Positions 26,769-41,165 are shown, numbered from the stretch's first letter. The stretch is DNA of 64,000 bases from an uncultured Acidobacteriota bacterium (GCA_963829925.1 CAWHKQ010000015.1:182073-246072), one strand, 5' to 3'. Translations and numbers: made by a program. Notes: a model not told the origin generated them from the letters alone.

Positions 26769-26787
26769 GGGGCTCCCGGCAACCGCG

Positions 26788-30011
<3,224 letters not shown>

Positions 30012-30067
30012 TCATCGGCGGCAATAGTATCCTCGCCCGCGGTTTGCGTCAAGAAACGCGGTCATCC

Positions 30068-30667
30068 CGTTTGTTTTCGAGGCCTCTGGCCGCGTGGACC
30101 TACGCGATCGCGGTCGCGATCCTCGCCGCCGCCGCCGGGCGGTCTCTCTTCCGCGCCCACGCCGATCGCCTCTCGCTCGCGACCGGGCCCGCCGAGTGGA
30201 TCTGGTACACCGGGCGGGTCCCGGAGCCGCGGCCCGTGCGCTTCTACGCGACTCGGGACTTCGATCTGCCCCGGGCGCCGGCCCGCGCGTTCGCCAAGCT
30301 CTTCGTGGATCGCGAGCACGCGCTCTACGTCAACGGACGGCGCGTCGGAGCCGGCGTCCAGCACCCGGGCGATCCTCTGGCGGTCTACGACCTGACCCGC
30401 CATCTGACCGGGGGCCTCAACCGCGTGGCGATCGAGGCCGCGAGCCCGACCGGGATCGGGGGGATTCTCTTTTCGCTCGACCTCGACGCCTTCGGGCGCG
30501 ACGCGGTTTTCTCGGACGGAAAGTGGCGGGTGGACCTTTCGGCGGAGGCGATCCGCGACGGGGGGAGGTACCGGCCGCAGGTGTGGGGAAGGCCGCCGCA
30601 GTACCCGTGGCGCTACCCCCGGCTGCCGCGGCCGAACGAGCTCGGAGACGCGAGCCGCAAACCGTGA
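30068..30667 (+). CDS. Hypothetical membrane-anchored protein with a possible jelly-roll (galactose-binding-like) domain; start codon uncertain (TTG/CTG)
   Basis: The open frame reads ...FSRPLAAWTYAIAVAILAAAAGRSLF (TM anchor), then VRFYATRDFDLPRAPARAFAKLFVDREHALYVNGRRVG...LNRVAIEAASPTGIGGILFSLDLDAF.... No ATG/GTG in frame near the 5' end. Confidence 0.4.
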   Translation, partial: RLFSRPLAAWTYAIAVAILAAAAGRSLFRAHADRLSLATGPAEWIWYTGRVPEPRPVRFYATRDFDLPRAPARAFAKLFVDREHALYVNGRRVGAGVQHPGDPLAVYDLTRHLTGGLNRVAIEAASPTGIGGILFSLDLDAFGRDAVFSDGKWRVDLSAEAIRDGGRYRPQVWGRPPQYPWRYPRLPRPNELGDASRKP

Positions 30668-30698
30668 GGGGGCGACTCGTTTCCGACGAACGCGTCGG

Positions 30699-31118
30699 TC
30701 AGGACTCGGCCGGGACGAGCTCGCAGCGGGAGACGAGCGCGTCGAGCGCTTCGCGCGCCGCGAGACAATGGGGATCCGCGCCGTCGTAACCCGCCAGCGA
30801 GATGACCCTGCGGTAGCCGGCGACGGCGGCCTCGAGGTTGCCGAGGCCGCGGTCGTGAATCTTCGCGAGCAGAAGCCTCGCGGCCAGGTGTCGCGGAGCG
30901 ACCTCCACGGCCTTGGTGCAGAAAACCAGCGCGACGTCGTAGCGCTCCTCGGCCGCCGCCAGGCACGCCCTCCGATAATAGAGGTCCGCCTCGCCCGATG
31001 GATCTGATTGACCTGGAAGGAGTTGTGAGAGATTTCGGAGTGTCGAGGCGAGGGCCGTCCAGTTGCTGCCGTGGGATGCCATCTGGGTGGAGTTTACGCC
31101 CATCCAGCCGAATCTCAA
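30699..31118 (-). CDS. Small TPR-repeat protein
   Basis: YYRRACLAAAEERYDVALVFCTKAVEVAPRHLAARLLLAKIHDRGLGNLEAAVAGYRRVISL... is TPR-like. Confidence 0.5.
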   Translation of the reverse strand: MRFGWMGVNSTQMASHGSNWTALASTLRNLSQLLPGQSDPSGEADLYYRRACLAAAEERYDVALVFCTKAVEVAPRHLAARLLLAKIHDRGLGNLEAAVAGYRRVISLAGYDGADPHCLAAREALDALVSRCELVPAES

Positions 31119-31229
31119 TAAAAATTTAGATGGAAGGGTAAGAAATCCTTCTTTTGTATGGCCGGGCGGTCGCAGCGCTAACCTAATTTTATTAGCTATT
31201 TTCTACTTTATGCCGAATTAAATAAGGCG
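31119..31229. promoter_or_regulatory. AT-rich (~35% GC) intergenic island between the ispB stop and the TPR gene start; probable terminator/promoter region
   Basis: aatctcaataaaaatttagatggaagggtaagaaatccttcttttgtatgg...ctaattttattagctattttctactttatgccgaattaaataagg in a 70% GC background. Confidence 0.3.
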
Positions 31230-32234
31230 TCATCGGATCCGGTCGATGACCGATTCCGTCGCCAGAAGGAGGCCTTCCTTGGCCTCCGAATCCGGGAACC
31301 CCCCGAGGGCGACGCGCGCCGCGCCTGCATAGTCGCGCGCGAGAGCGCGCGTCTCGGGGATCCCGTCGTAGCGTTCGACGATCGACAGGATCTCGGCCGG
31401 CTGGACACTGCGGAAGTCCCGCTCGCGGAGGACGGCCGACACCTTCTCGCGCTCGGCGGGATCGGCCAACGGGAGAGCCAGCAACAGCGGCATCGTGAGC
31501 TTGCCTTCCCGCAAATCGTTGAGAACGGGCTTGCCGACCTCCTCGACGCTGCCGGTGTAGTCGAGGAGATCGTCGATGAGCTGAAACGCCATGCCGAGGC
31601 AACGCCCGTACTCGGCCAGGCGCTCGGCCGCGATCAGGTCCCCCCGGGGAGCGAAGTGCGCGGGCAGGCGGCACGACGCCGCGAAGAGGTCCGCGGTCTT
31701 GCGCCGCGTGATCTCGAGCGCCTCCTCCCGCGTCACGTGGATCGACCCCTCTTTCTCGATCCCGAGGATCTCGCCCTCGATCATCGACAGCGTGGTGTCC
31801 GACAGGACCTTGAGGATCGTCAGGTCGCCCGCGTCCAGCGCGATGCCCATCGACATCGTGTAGAGGTAGTCCCCGAAGAGCACCGTGAGGTTGTTCCCCC
31901 ACCGCGCGTTGGCCGAGGTCCGGCCGCGCCGCAGGCGCGCCTCGTCGATGATGTCGTCGTGGACGAGCGTGGCGGTGTGGATGAACTCGATGACCGCCGC
32001 GTACCGGACGTCCTTGTCTCCGTCGCGGTAGTCGAGCAGCTTCGCGGACAGCAGCAGAAGGGCGGGCCGGATGCGCTTGCCGCCGCCCTGCGCCAGATAG
32101 GCGCCGATCCGATCGATCGTCGGGATGGGCGACCGGAAGTGGAGGAGCAGCTCCTCCTCGACCTTCGCCAGCTTGTCGCTGATGAGGTCGTAGGCGCGCT
32201 TCAGGCGCACGTTCTCGAGGCGGGAAGGGGTCAT
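31230..32234 (-). CDS. ispB: Polyprenyl diphosphate synthase (octa/heptaprenyl)
   Basis: MTPSRLENVRLKRAYDLI... First DDxxD: LVHDDIIDEARLRRG. Second: FQLIDDLLDYTG. It is the C-terminal 335 aa of the listed ORF 31230..32993. Confidence 0.8.
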   Translation of the reverse strand: MTPSRLENVRLKRAYDLISDKLAKVEEELLLHFRSPIPTIDRIGAYLAQGGGKRIRPALLLLSAKLLDYRDGDKDVRYAAVIEFIHTATLVHDDIIDEARLRRGRTSANARWGNNLTVLFGDYLYTMSMGIALDAGDLTILKVLSDTTLSMIEGEILGIEKEGSIHVTREEALEITRRKTADLFAASCRLPAHFAPRGDLIAAERLAEYGRCLGMAFQLIDDLLDYTGSVEEVGKPVLNDLREGKLTMPLLLALPLADPAEREKVSAVLRERDFRSVQPAEILSIVERYDGIPETRALARDYAGAARVALGGFPDSEAKEGLLLATESVIDRIR

Positions 32235-32728
32235 CGGTAGTTCGTGAACTGCAGCGGCACGCCGAAGTCCCCGGCGCGCAGCAAGGCCATGACCTCCTGG
32301 AGCTCGTCCTTGGCCCGGCCCGTTACGCGGACCTGGTCGGCCTGGATCGAGGCCTGCACCTTCAGCTTCTTGTCCTTGATCGCCCGGACGATCTCCTTGG
32401 CTTTCTCCGACGCGATGCCCTGCTGGATCTTGACGACCTGGCGGACGGTGCCCATCGCGGCCGGCTCGACCTTCTGGTAGTCGAGCGACTTGGGAGCGAC
32501 GCCCCGTTTGACGAGCCGCGTCTCCAGGATGTCCTTGACGGACTTCAGCTTGCCTTCGTCGTCGGAAGTCAGCGTCAGCTCCAGCTCCTTGTCGTTCCAC
32601 TCGATCTTCGATTTCGAGCCTCGAAAATCGAACCGGGTGGCGATCTCCTTGGAGGCCTGCTGGACCGCGTTGGAGACCTCCTGCAGGTCCACCTTGCTGA
32701 CGACGTCGAAGGAGAATTCCTGGGGCAT
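32231..32728 (-). CDS. yajQ: YajQ-family (UPF0234) nucleotide/c-di-GMP-binding protein
   Basis: Intact 165 aa. MPQEFSFDVVSKVDLQEVSNAV...GVPLQFTNYR, characteristic YajQ. Confidence 0.85.
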   Translation of the reverse strand: MPQEFSFDVVSKVDLQEVSNAVQQASKEIATRFDFRGSKSKIEWNDKELELTLTSDDEGKLKSVKDILETRLVKRGVAPKSLDYQKVEPAAMGTVRQVVKIQQGIASEKAKEIVRAIKDKKLKVQASIQADQVRVTGRAKDELQEVMALLRAGDFGVPLQFTNYR

Positions 32729-32821
32729 CGGGGGGATTGTATGAGAGTCGGGCTCGACGAGTTCGGGATCCCTCGTCTTGCAGGCTCGGGATGACCTGCG
32801 GCGGGCTCCGCCTGCCGCAGG

Positions 32822-33444
32822 TCAGTTTTCGACGATCCGCGTCCCCTTCGGCCCCTGGATCCGGTAGTCGGCGGGGGGCCGCGCCTTTTCGGTCTTCCAG
32901 CCTTCGAACCGGAACTCCGTGCGGTTGCCGGCCGAGTCTTCGTACGAGAGGCCCTCGACCATCCCCGTGGGAGCGACCGCGACCTTCACCCACGCCAGGT
33001 CCGATCCGGGCGCGCGGGGCTTCAGAAGGACGGCCCCCGAGCCGTCGAGCGTGATCTCGTATCGAGCCGCCAGGTCCTCGGGCTTCGTCAGGAAGACGAG
33101 CGGCAGCCGCGCCTGCTCGTCCTCGGACAGCTTTCGTATCGTGAGCTGCTTGTCCTCGGGGGAGAAGAAGCGGCCCTCGCCGGCGTCGTAAGTGAACACC
33201 TTCTTCTCGGGCGCCGTGTAGTCGAAGCGGAGCCGTTGGGGCGCCTGGACCCAGACGCGTGCCGGACTCGCGCCGGGCGCTGGCGAACCCGGCGGGCGTG
33301 TAGATCTGGGTGAACGCCGAAGCGTGAGCCTCACCGTCCCCATAGGCGGCCGCGGCCTCGCGGCGAGTGAGGGCCTGCGGCGTCCGGCGCCTCCTCCCGA
33401 AGCGCGGAAAGAACGGCGAGCACGAGGAGCGCGGCGCGCATCAT
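32822..33444 (-). CDS. lolA: Outer-membrane lipoprotein carrier protein LolA-like; two frameshifts
   Basis: Signal [14 protein letters not shown]. Then, in a second frame, ...[18 protein letters not shown]. Then [40 protein letters not shown]...[21 protein letters not shown]. Confidence 0.6.
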
Positions 33445-33447
33445 CGG

Positions 33448-35027
33448 CTAGTGCCGGAAGTGCCGGCGCGGGGCGATGAGGAACGCCATGCTCGCGCTCG
33501 TCGGCAGCCGCGATGATCTCCTGGTCCCGAATCGAGCCCCCCGGCGCCACGACCGCGGTGACGCCGGCATCCGCCGAGGATGTCGACACCGTCGCGAAAG
33601 GGGAAAAAGGCGTCGGAGGCGGCGCCGCAGTTGACGATCGGGAGCACGGGCTTGGTCACCGCCAGCCGGCAGGCGTCGACGCGGCTCATCTGCCCCGCGC
33701 CGATTCCGATGGTCTGGCGCGCGTTCGCGAGCACGATCGCGTTGGACTTGACGCGCCGCGCGACCTTCCACGCGAGCTCGCACGCCGCCCGTTCGACCGC
33801 GGTCGGCTTGCGCCGGGACATGACCTTCCACCCGGAGCTCGTATCGGGCTCGGAGTCGGAGTCCTGGAGGAGGAGCCCTCCCTCGATGCGCTTCCAGTCG
33901 AGGCCCGGGACCGGCGGCCGCGAGACGGCACGCGGAGGAGCCGGATGTTCGGCTTCTTGGCGAAGAGCGCCAGCGCCTCCTCCGAGAAGTCGTCCGCCGC
34001 GACGACCTCGACGAAATGCTGGAGCACGAGAGACGCCAGGGCCCCGTCCACGGTCCCGCGGATGGCGATGATGCCGCCGAAGGCGGCCAGCGGGTCGCAC
34101 GCGAAGGCGCGGCCGAAGGCTTCCGAGATCGTCTCGCCGACGGCGGCCCCGCACGGGTTGTTGTGCTTCACGATGACGGCCGCCATGCCGTCGAAGTCCC
34201 GGGCGAGCGTGACCGCCGAGTCGAGGTCGAGCAGGTTGTTGAAGGACAGCTCCTTGCCCTGGAGCATCTGGAAGCGCACGAGGGCGTCGGCCGGCGCCGA
34301 CGGGAACGAGTAGAGTGCGGCGCGCTGGTGCGGGTTCTCCCCGTAACGCAGCGAACTGACGCGGTCGAACCCGAAGACCAGGTTCTCGGGGAACGGGTCG
34401 GATTCCTTCCACGTCCCCGTGAAATACCGGGCGATCGCGGCGTCGTAGGACGCCGTCCGGGAGAACGCCCGGGCCGCCAGGCGCTCGCGCGTGGACAGGC
34501 GCGTCCCTCCCGTCATGCGAATTTCCTCGAGGATGACGGGATAGTCGGTCGGATCCACCACGACCGTCACCCGCGCGTGATTCTTGGCCGCCGCCCGGAT
34601 CATCGCGGGCCCGCCCACGTCGATCATCTCGACGATCTCGGCCCGGCTCTTGCCGGCCGCGACGGTCTTCTCGAAGGGGTACAGGTTGACGATCACCAGG
34701 TCGAAGGTCTCGATCCCGGCCGCCTCCAGGTCCCGCGCGTGGTCCTCGCGGAGTCTCATCGCCCAGCACCCCGCCGAAGATCTTGGGGTGCAGAGTCTTG
34801 ACCCGTCCGCCCAGGATCTCGGGAAAGCCGGTCTTCTCCTCGACGAGGGACACTTCGACCCCGGCCGCTTTCAGGGCCGCGGCCGTGCCGCCCGTCGATA
34901 CGAGCAGGACGCCGAACTCGGACAGCGCCTGGCCGAGCTCCGCGATGCCGGTCTTGTCGTGAACGGAGACGAGCGCGCGGCGCACCGGCGTGACGGCGGA
35001 AGGAATCGGAATCGGCTCGGGCATCGC
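33448..35027 (-). CDS. purH: Bifunctional AICAR transformylase / IMP cyclohydrolase; at least 4 frameshifts
   Basis: N-terminal [34 protein letters not shown]...[17 protein letters not shown]. Middle (ORF 33686..34759) ...[15 protein letters not shown].... C-terminal ...[24 protein letters not shown]. Confidence 0.8.
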
Positions 35028-35108
35028 TCGCGAAATATAGCAGGGCGCCGGGCGCCGTCGGGACCAGGGAAGATTAAACGTCTTCAGCAGGAACACGGCC
35101 ATCTGGCA

Positions 35109-35462
35109 TCAACCCCATGTCCCCCGGGAGTACCGTGGCGTTGGACACCGGATCCGCTGGTCGCGCTGCGTTTCGGTGCCGTCGAAGCCGCCGGAGACGC
35201 CGACGCCGTTCTTCAAGGCAATCGAAATCGTGCGATCCGGCGCGACCGTCGGCCGGTATGTCCCCGCCGCGACCCAGATCTCATCCGTCGCGACCGCGGC
35301 GGCGAGCGCGGCCTGGAGGTCCGTGTAGGCGTCGGTCCAGCTCGACCCGTCGCTGGCGCCGGTCGCGGCGGCGTCCACGTAGAGAACATCGGCGCACAGG
35401 GCGGCCGCCGATGAAAAGAAAACGACGGCGCAAGCGGTCATCAGCCCGCGGGAACGGGGCAT
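35109..35462 (-). pseudogene. 117-aa N-terminal fragment of a secreted right-handed beta-helix (pectate-lyase-fold / choice-of-anchor-Q-like) protein; truncated remnant
   Basis: Signal peptide plus [47 protein letters not shown]...[22 protein letters not shown], the typical opening of ~500-1500 aa beta-helix proteins. The stop comes after 117 aa and purH begins 80 bp downstream. Confidence 0.45.
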
Positions 35463-35572
35463 CGGTTTTCCTCCTGCCGGTCTCGCGTCAGGCCATTGTC
35501 GGCCTGCGAGGGCAGGTCTTCAACGCCTTTCGAGGGGCGGCCAAAGGCCGGCGCGACCGAGCACCACGCAGG

Positions 35573-38349
35573 TCAGAACAGCTTCAGGAGCTGGAGATTG
35601 ATCGTGAACCCGTTCACGCCGTGGCGCACGACCGGCACACCGACCTCGGCCCGAACGCGCGTGTTGTCCCACGGGCCGTTGAAGGCCGTCGAGATTCCGG
35701 CGCCCGAGAAGTACGCCCCGTCGTAGCCGGCGAACGTGTTCGTGACGAGAGCCTGGTCGTAGAACACCTCGAAGCGGACCACGTTCTCGATGTTGAGGCC
35801 GTACGAGACGTTGGCGAGGACGGCGCGGTCCGCCCGCACGCTGCCGCCCGGGAACCCGTGAAGCGTGGTGGATCCGAAGGGGCCGAAGTCCCACTGGGAA
35901 AACCGGTCGAGGCGGGTGCCGTCCAGGTAGGAGAGCTTGACGAAGAGCTTTCGGAAGCGCGCGAAATAGAAGCCCTTGGTCAGCTCGGCCGAATACTTCC
36001 AGTAGGTCTTCTGGTCGGGGTCGAACCCCGATGTGTCCGGGTCGCCCCAGGGCTCCCACTTCGCCCGCGCCTGGTAGGAGCCGGTGAGCGCGAGGTTGTA
36101 GCCGGCCTGGTTCCAGTTCAGTCGGAGCTGGGCGCCGTTGGTGAAAGTGTCCACGGGTGTGACGAACCTCGGGCCGGTGTCTTCGTCCCGCTGGTAGTTG
36201 TCCCACTGGGAGAAGAGGCCGAGCGAGGCCTTCAGGTACGTTCCCAAAGGATGGCCGATGTTGACCTGGGCGTACTCCGGGAGGTGCTTGATGCGCTCGG
36301 ATCGGACTTCTTCCCCGTTGCGGTAGGACTCTTCGACGAACGGAAAGGCGACTCCGAAAATGTCGGCGCCCAGATCGAACCGCGAGCCCAGGAAGGAAGG
36401 GTCGGTGTAGTTGGCGAAGAGCAGCGCGCCGGCGAAGAAGACGGAAAGCTGCTTGTTCTTCTTCCACAGGTCGAAATCGAAGTACTGGATCCCGAGGAGA
36501 GGGAACGGGTAGTCCTGCCCCGTCTGATAGAAGCCGCCGACCAGGCCGAAGAGGCTCTTGCGCGACAGGGCGTTTTCGACGACCCGCGTTCCGGGCGCGG
36601 CCTCGTCCGGCACGAGGTACCGCAGGCCCTGATCCGTGTCCCGGACCATCTGGGACTGCGAGGCATAAGCCTCGGCGCGCCGGGCCTCGAAATCCGGCGG
36701 ATCGACGACGACGTCGGTCATCACGACGTGACGCTCGACCGCCGTCGTGCGCCCGGCCGTCGAGAAGACCTGCTGCCCCCGGATCTCGAGCGGCAGGACG
36801 ACCCCCGGCGCGCCCGGAACGTCGCGGTAGTACTCGGTCTGGACGTTGGACAGCGTGTCGCCCTTGAGGTTGAGCTGGATCGATTCCCGGCGCAGGAGAG
36901 CGAACGTCTCCCGGTCGATCCAGGCCGTGCCCCGGTAAAGGGGCCTGTCGGGCACCGTCTCGCGCGGAACGAAGTCGACCCGGTAGGCCGGGCGCCCGTC
37001 GACCGTGGTCTCGCCGCCCAGCGAATACACGTACTCCTCGCCCAGGCGGATGTCGAGGGGCAGAGTCGTCACCTTCTCGGGCTGCAGGATCGGGAGCCGG
37101 GGAATCGTCCGGCCCTTCCAGCGCACGCCGTTCAAGAAAAACTCCTGCCAAGCCCAGTCGGCGGGCTTCCCGCGCTCGAAGAAGTACGGGCCGAGGATCG
37201 TCAGGTCCAGGCTCTGTCCGAACTGGGCCACCCGGAAACGCAGCGACGTCTCGACCGACGCCACGTAGCTCCGGACTTTCTCGCGCTGGCCCGCGTCCCA
37301 GGCGCGTTCGCGCGCGATGATCTCGTCGGCCGTCAGCCCGCGGGTCGCGGCCACGGCGACCTCGGCCTTCGTCTCGCCTCCCTTGCGCGCCGCCGGGGAG
37401 AGGATGACCGCGAGGGAGCCCTTCGAGAGGTCCAACGTGAGGGCCTTCGCCCCCTTCAGCGCGAAGTCGCGTTTCACGCCGCTGGCCAGGTTCTCGACGC
37501 TCGCGCGGTCGTACGACGCGCCCGAGAGGTCGATCCGCGTGTCGCCGGAAGGGATCGCTTTCGAGGAGCAGGATCGGCGTGAAGCCCTTCGCGTCGTAGA
37601 ACCGCAGGACCGGCGCGCTGGAACCGTCTCTTCGGGTCCGCGTCGTCGTGGTCGGGTCTCGGGAGACGTCCGCGGTCAGGTATCTCTGCAGCCGCGAGAG
37701 CGCGGCCGTGTCCGCGTCGGTCAGAGGTGCGGCGCCCGCAGCCGACGGCGACGAGCGACGCCCGCGGGAACTCGGCCAGGGCCGCCAGCGCCGCCGCGAC
37801 GGGCGTCCGGGTCCGCCGAAGCGGTGGCCAGAACCCACAGCCTCTCGGTGCCCTCCGCGGACACGGCCTGCCCCGGCCGCACCACGAGCGCGTCGACGTA
37901 GGGGGACGAGCTCTTCGGCGGCCTCGGGCGCGAGCGCGTGCGCACTGTCGAGAGCGATCTGGCCGGCGGCGGACCCGGAGCGGGCCACCGACGCTAAACG
38001 CTTGACGGCATAGGCGAACCGCTCGGTTTCGGCCGTCGGGCAACGCGAGGATCGTGCCGGCCGCGCCTCGGGCCGTGCGCCAGCCGGGCTGCGGCTTCGT
38101 CGATCTCGGCGTCGGAGAGTCCTTCGACGCGCAGTTGGACGACGCAGCCGCGATGGATCCGAGCCGCGGGCGGACGCCGCGTCCGCGCGAACGATCCCCA
38201 GAACGTTCGGCGGCCGCGGGGCAGGCGCCGTCGGCCTCTTTCGGCGGCGAGGCGGATCTGCTCGGCGGCCGCGCGGGAACCGGCGAGCCGGGAGAACGCC
38301 GCAAAAGAAAAGCGCCCGCGAGAAGGCGGGCGCGAAGGGGCGATCTCAT
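35573..38349 (-). CDS. Large outer-membrane beta-barrel protein with N-terminal periplasmic region, unknown family; multiple frameshifts
   Basis: Signal-like MRSPLAPACSRALFFCGVLPA at 38349. The N-terminal pieces (...RFAYAVKRLASVARSGSAAGQIALDS..., ...VLRFYDAKGFTPILLLES...) are in different frames. A clean 634-aa frame (35573..37477) is rich in beta-strand dipeptides and ends ...FTINLQLLKLF (C-terminal Phe, OMP signature). Confidence 0.5.
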
Positions 38350-38400
38350 CCTCATCGGGAACCTCATTCTCCGCAGAGCTTGTTCCCGACGGCGCGGCGA

Positions 38401-39498
38401 TCAGCGGCGGATCTGCCTCTCCTTCTCCTTCTCCTTCTCCTTGACGGCCTCGACGACTTCCGCGGGCGGTGCCGCCGGCGCGGGAGCGCCCTCGATCGGA
38501 GAGAGCCCGAGACTCTGCCTCAGCTTTCTCTCGATCTCGTTGGCGAGCTCGGGGTTCTCCTTGAGGAACTGCTTCGCGTTCTCGCGCCCCTGGCCGATGC
38601 GGAGGTCGCCGTAGGAGAGCCAGGCGCCCGACTTCTCGACGATCTTGGCCTCGATGCCCATGTCGATGAGCTCGCCCGAGCGCGAGATGCCCTCGCCGTA
38701 GTTGATGTCGAACTCGGCCTGGCGGAAGGGCGCGGCGACCTTGTTCTTGACGACCTTGACCTTGGTGCGCGACCCGACGACCACGTCGCCGTCCTTGAGC
38801 GACGCGATGCGGCGGATGTCGATGCGGATCGACGAGTAGAACTTCAGCGCGCGGCCGCCGGTCGTCGTCTCGGGATTGCCGAAGAGGACGCCGATCTTCT
38901 CGCGGATCTGATTGATGAAGATCAGGCTGGTGCGCGACTTCGAGACGATCGCGGTCAGCTTGCGCAGGGCCTGGGACATCAGGCGGGCCTGGAGGCCCAT
39001 CTGCGCCTCGCCCATCTCGCCCTCGATCTCGGCCTTGGGCACCAGGGCCGCCACCGAGTCGATGACGATGACGTCGATCGCTCCGGAGCGGATCAGCATC
39101 TCGGCGATCTCGAGGGCCTGCTCGCCGTTGTCGGGCTGCGACACCAGAAGGTTGTCGGTGTCGACGCCGAGCTTCTTGGCGTAGTCGGCGTCGAGCGCGT
39201 GCTCGGCGTCGATGAAGGCCGCGAGGCCGCCGGTCTTCTGCGCCTGGGCGACGACCTGGAGGGAAAGCGTCGTCTTGCCCGAGGACTCCGGGCCGAAGAT
39301 CTCGACGACCCGGCCGCGCGGGAAGCCGCCGATGCCGAGCGCGGCGTCCACCGCGAGAGAGCCCGTGGGGATGACGGCGATGGCCGTTTCGGGCCGCTCG
39401 CCCAGCCGCATGATCGAGCCCTTGCCGAACTGGCGCTCGATCTGGGTCAGCGCCGTCTCGACGGCGCGCCACTTCTCGTTGGATTTGACGCTGGACAT
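38401..39498 (-). CDS. recA: Recombinase A
   Basis: Intact 365 aa. [19 protein letters not shown] (Walker A), ...[37 protein letters not shown].... Confidence 0.95.
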   Translation of the reverse strand: MSSVKSNEKWRAVETALTQIERQFGKGSIMRLGERPETAIAVIPTGSLAVDAALGIGGFPRGRVVEIFGPESSGKTTLSLQVVAQAQKTGGLAAFIDAEHALDADYAKKLGVDTDNLLVSQPDNGEQALEIAEMLIRSGAIDVIVIDSVAALVPKAEIEGEMGEAQMGLQARLMSQALRKLTAIVSKSRTSLIFINQIREKIGVLFGNPETTTGGRALKFYSSIRIDIRRIASLKDGDVVVGSRTKVKVVKNKVAAPFRQAEFDINYGEGISRSGELIDMGIEAKIVEKSGAWLSYGDLRIGQGRENAKQFLKENPELANEIERKLRQSLGLSPIEGAPAPAAPPAEVVEAVKEKEKEKERQIRR

Positions 39499-39647
39499 GT
39501 CCTCACCTTTCTCGATCGAGGAAACTGCGCGGACTCAGGGTGTCTGCGGCTCCGCGCGATCTCTCTGCGCGATTATAGACTTCGGAAAAGGCGCTGCAGG
39601 ACGCGATGAGGACCGAAGGATCTTCTCTCCGACACGATCCCGTGTCA

Positions 39648-40149
39648 ATGTCGCGACGCCCGCCGCGCGTTCGCCGCTCACCCGTTCCTGACGTTTCTCG
39701 CCACCGGTTTCGGTTCCGGGCTCTCGCCCGTCGCGCCCGGGACAGCGGGCTCGATCGTCGGCCTGGCGCTCGCGTGGGTCTCTCGTTCCACACCGCATTT
39801 TCGGGTCGCCGGTCGGACTGTTGATGTCCGGTCTGGCCGTCGGCCTTCTGGGGGTGTTCGGTCTCCGGGCCCGTCAGCCGCGCGCTCGAAGCCGAAGACC
39901 CCGGATGCATCGTCATCGACGAGGTCGCGGGCCAGATCGTGGGCCTGCGCCGGAGTCGTCCTGGTGCCGGGACGTCCGCTCTGGGCCTGGGTCGCGGCTT
40001 TCGCTCTGTTTCGCTGCTCGACGTCGTCAAACCTCTCGGGATCGGTCGCCTGCAGGCCTTCCGGGGCGGCTGGGGCGTGGTGGCCGACGACGTCGCGGGG
40101 GGTCTCTGGGCCGCCGCGACTATCGTGGCGCTCGCCGGCCGATGGCTCT
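39648..40149 (+). CDS. pgpA: Phosphatidylglycerophosphatase A; multiple frameshifts
   Basis: ...[34 protein letters not shown]... and ...[17 protein letters not shown]...[37 protein letters not shown], the PgpA signature. The stop overlaps the murB ATG. Confidence 0.6.
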
Positions 40150-41041
40150 GACGCTCTCGGCCGAGGAAGGGCTCGATCGCCGAGAACGAGCCTCTCTCCC
40201 GGTACACGACCTGGCGGATCGGGGGCCCGGCGCGGTTCTTCTGCCGCATCCGGACCGAAGCGGTCCTGGCGCGCGTCCTGGCGGCGGCGTCGGAGAGCGG
40301 GCTCCCCCTGGCTCTTCTGGGCATGGGCTCGAACATCCTCGTCGCCGACGAGGGCTTCCCCGGCTACGTACTCCGGCTGGAGGGCGATTTCCTGAAGGTC
40401 GAGGTCGAGGGCGAACGCGTCCGGGCAGGCGGGGGAGCGGCGCTCGGCGGCGTCTGCGCCGCGGCCGCGCGGGCCGGTCTTTCGGGAATCGAGGCCATCT
40501 CGGGCATCCCTTCCTCCATGGGCGGGGCCGTGCGGATCAACGCCGGAGCGTACGGCGGCGAGATCTTCGAGGTCCTCGAGATCGGCTCGTCTCGTCTCCC
40601 GCTCCGGAGAGGTGCGGTCGGTGCCGGCGTCCGAGATCCCGCACGGGTACCGGTGGTCCGGGCTCATCGAGACCCGAGAGATCGTGGGAGAAGCCGTGCT
40701 CAAGCTCCGGCCGGCGTCCCGCGAGGAAATCGCAGGCGAAGACCCGTACGGTCGCCGAGAAGCGCCGCGGCGCTCTTCCTTCGGAGCCCAATGCCGGCAG
40801 CGTGTTCAAGAACCCGGAGGGCGACTACGCCGGGCGCCTGATCGAGGCCTGCGGCCTGAAGGGCGAGCGTTCGGGCGCCGCGCTGATCTCGCCGCGCCAC
40901 GCCAACGTGGTCGTGAACACGGGCGGCGCCCGGGCCGGCGACGTCCTCGTCCTGATGCGGAAGATGAGGGACACGGTCCGGGAGAGGTTCGGGGTTACCC
41001 TGTTTCCCGAAGTGGAAATGCTCGGTGTGAAGTGGGAGTGA
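40141..41041 (+). CDS. murB: UDP-N-acetylenolpyruvoylglucosamine reductase; frameshifted
   Basis: ...[19 protein letters not shown]...[20 protein letters not shown]...[21 protein letters not shown]... with the C-terminus ...[42 protein letters not shown]. Confidence 0.7.
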
Positions 41042-41042
41042 G

Positions 41043-41093
41043 GGGGGCCGACGCCCCCCTCACCCTAACCCTCTCCCCCAAAGGGGGAGAGGG
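41043..41093 (+). terminator. Two tandem GC-rich hairpins after murB (ggggggccgacgcccccc; ccctctccccc-aaa-gggggagaggg)
   Basis: Perfect 6-bp and 11-bp stems. No clear T-tract. Probable transcription terminator/attenuator before manC. Confidence 0.5.
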
Positions 41094-41165
41094 AATCTAT
41101 TTGGGAGGCGGGACTCCAGGATCCCCCTCTCCTGGCGGGCAGAGGGCAGGGGTGAGGGGCGCTCC

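Noticed and set aside
41043-41165. Palindromic ccctctcccccaaagggggagaggg and flanking G-rich hairpins as a possible mobile or REP element
   Set aside because: Single occurrence in the window with no similarity to the 2698-3006 repeat family. It is best explained as an intergenic terminator/attenuator between murB and manC.
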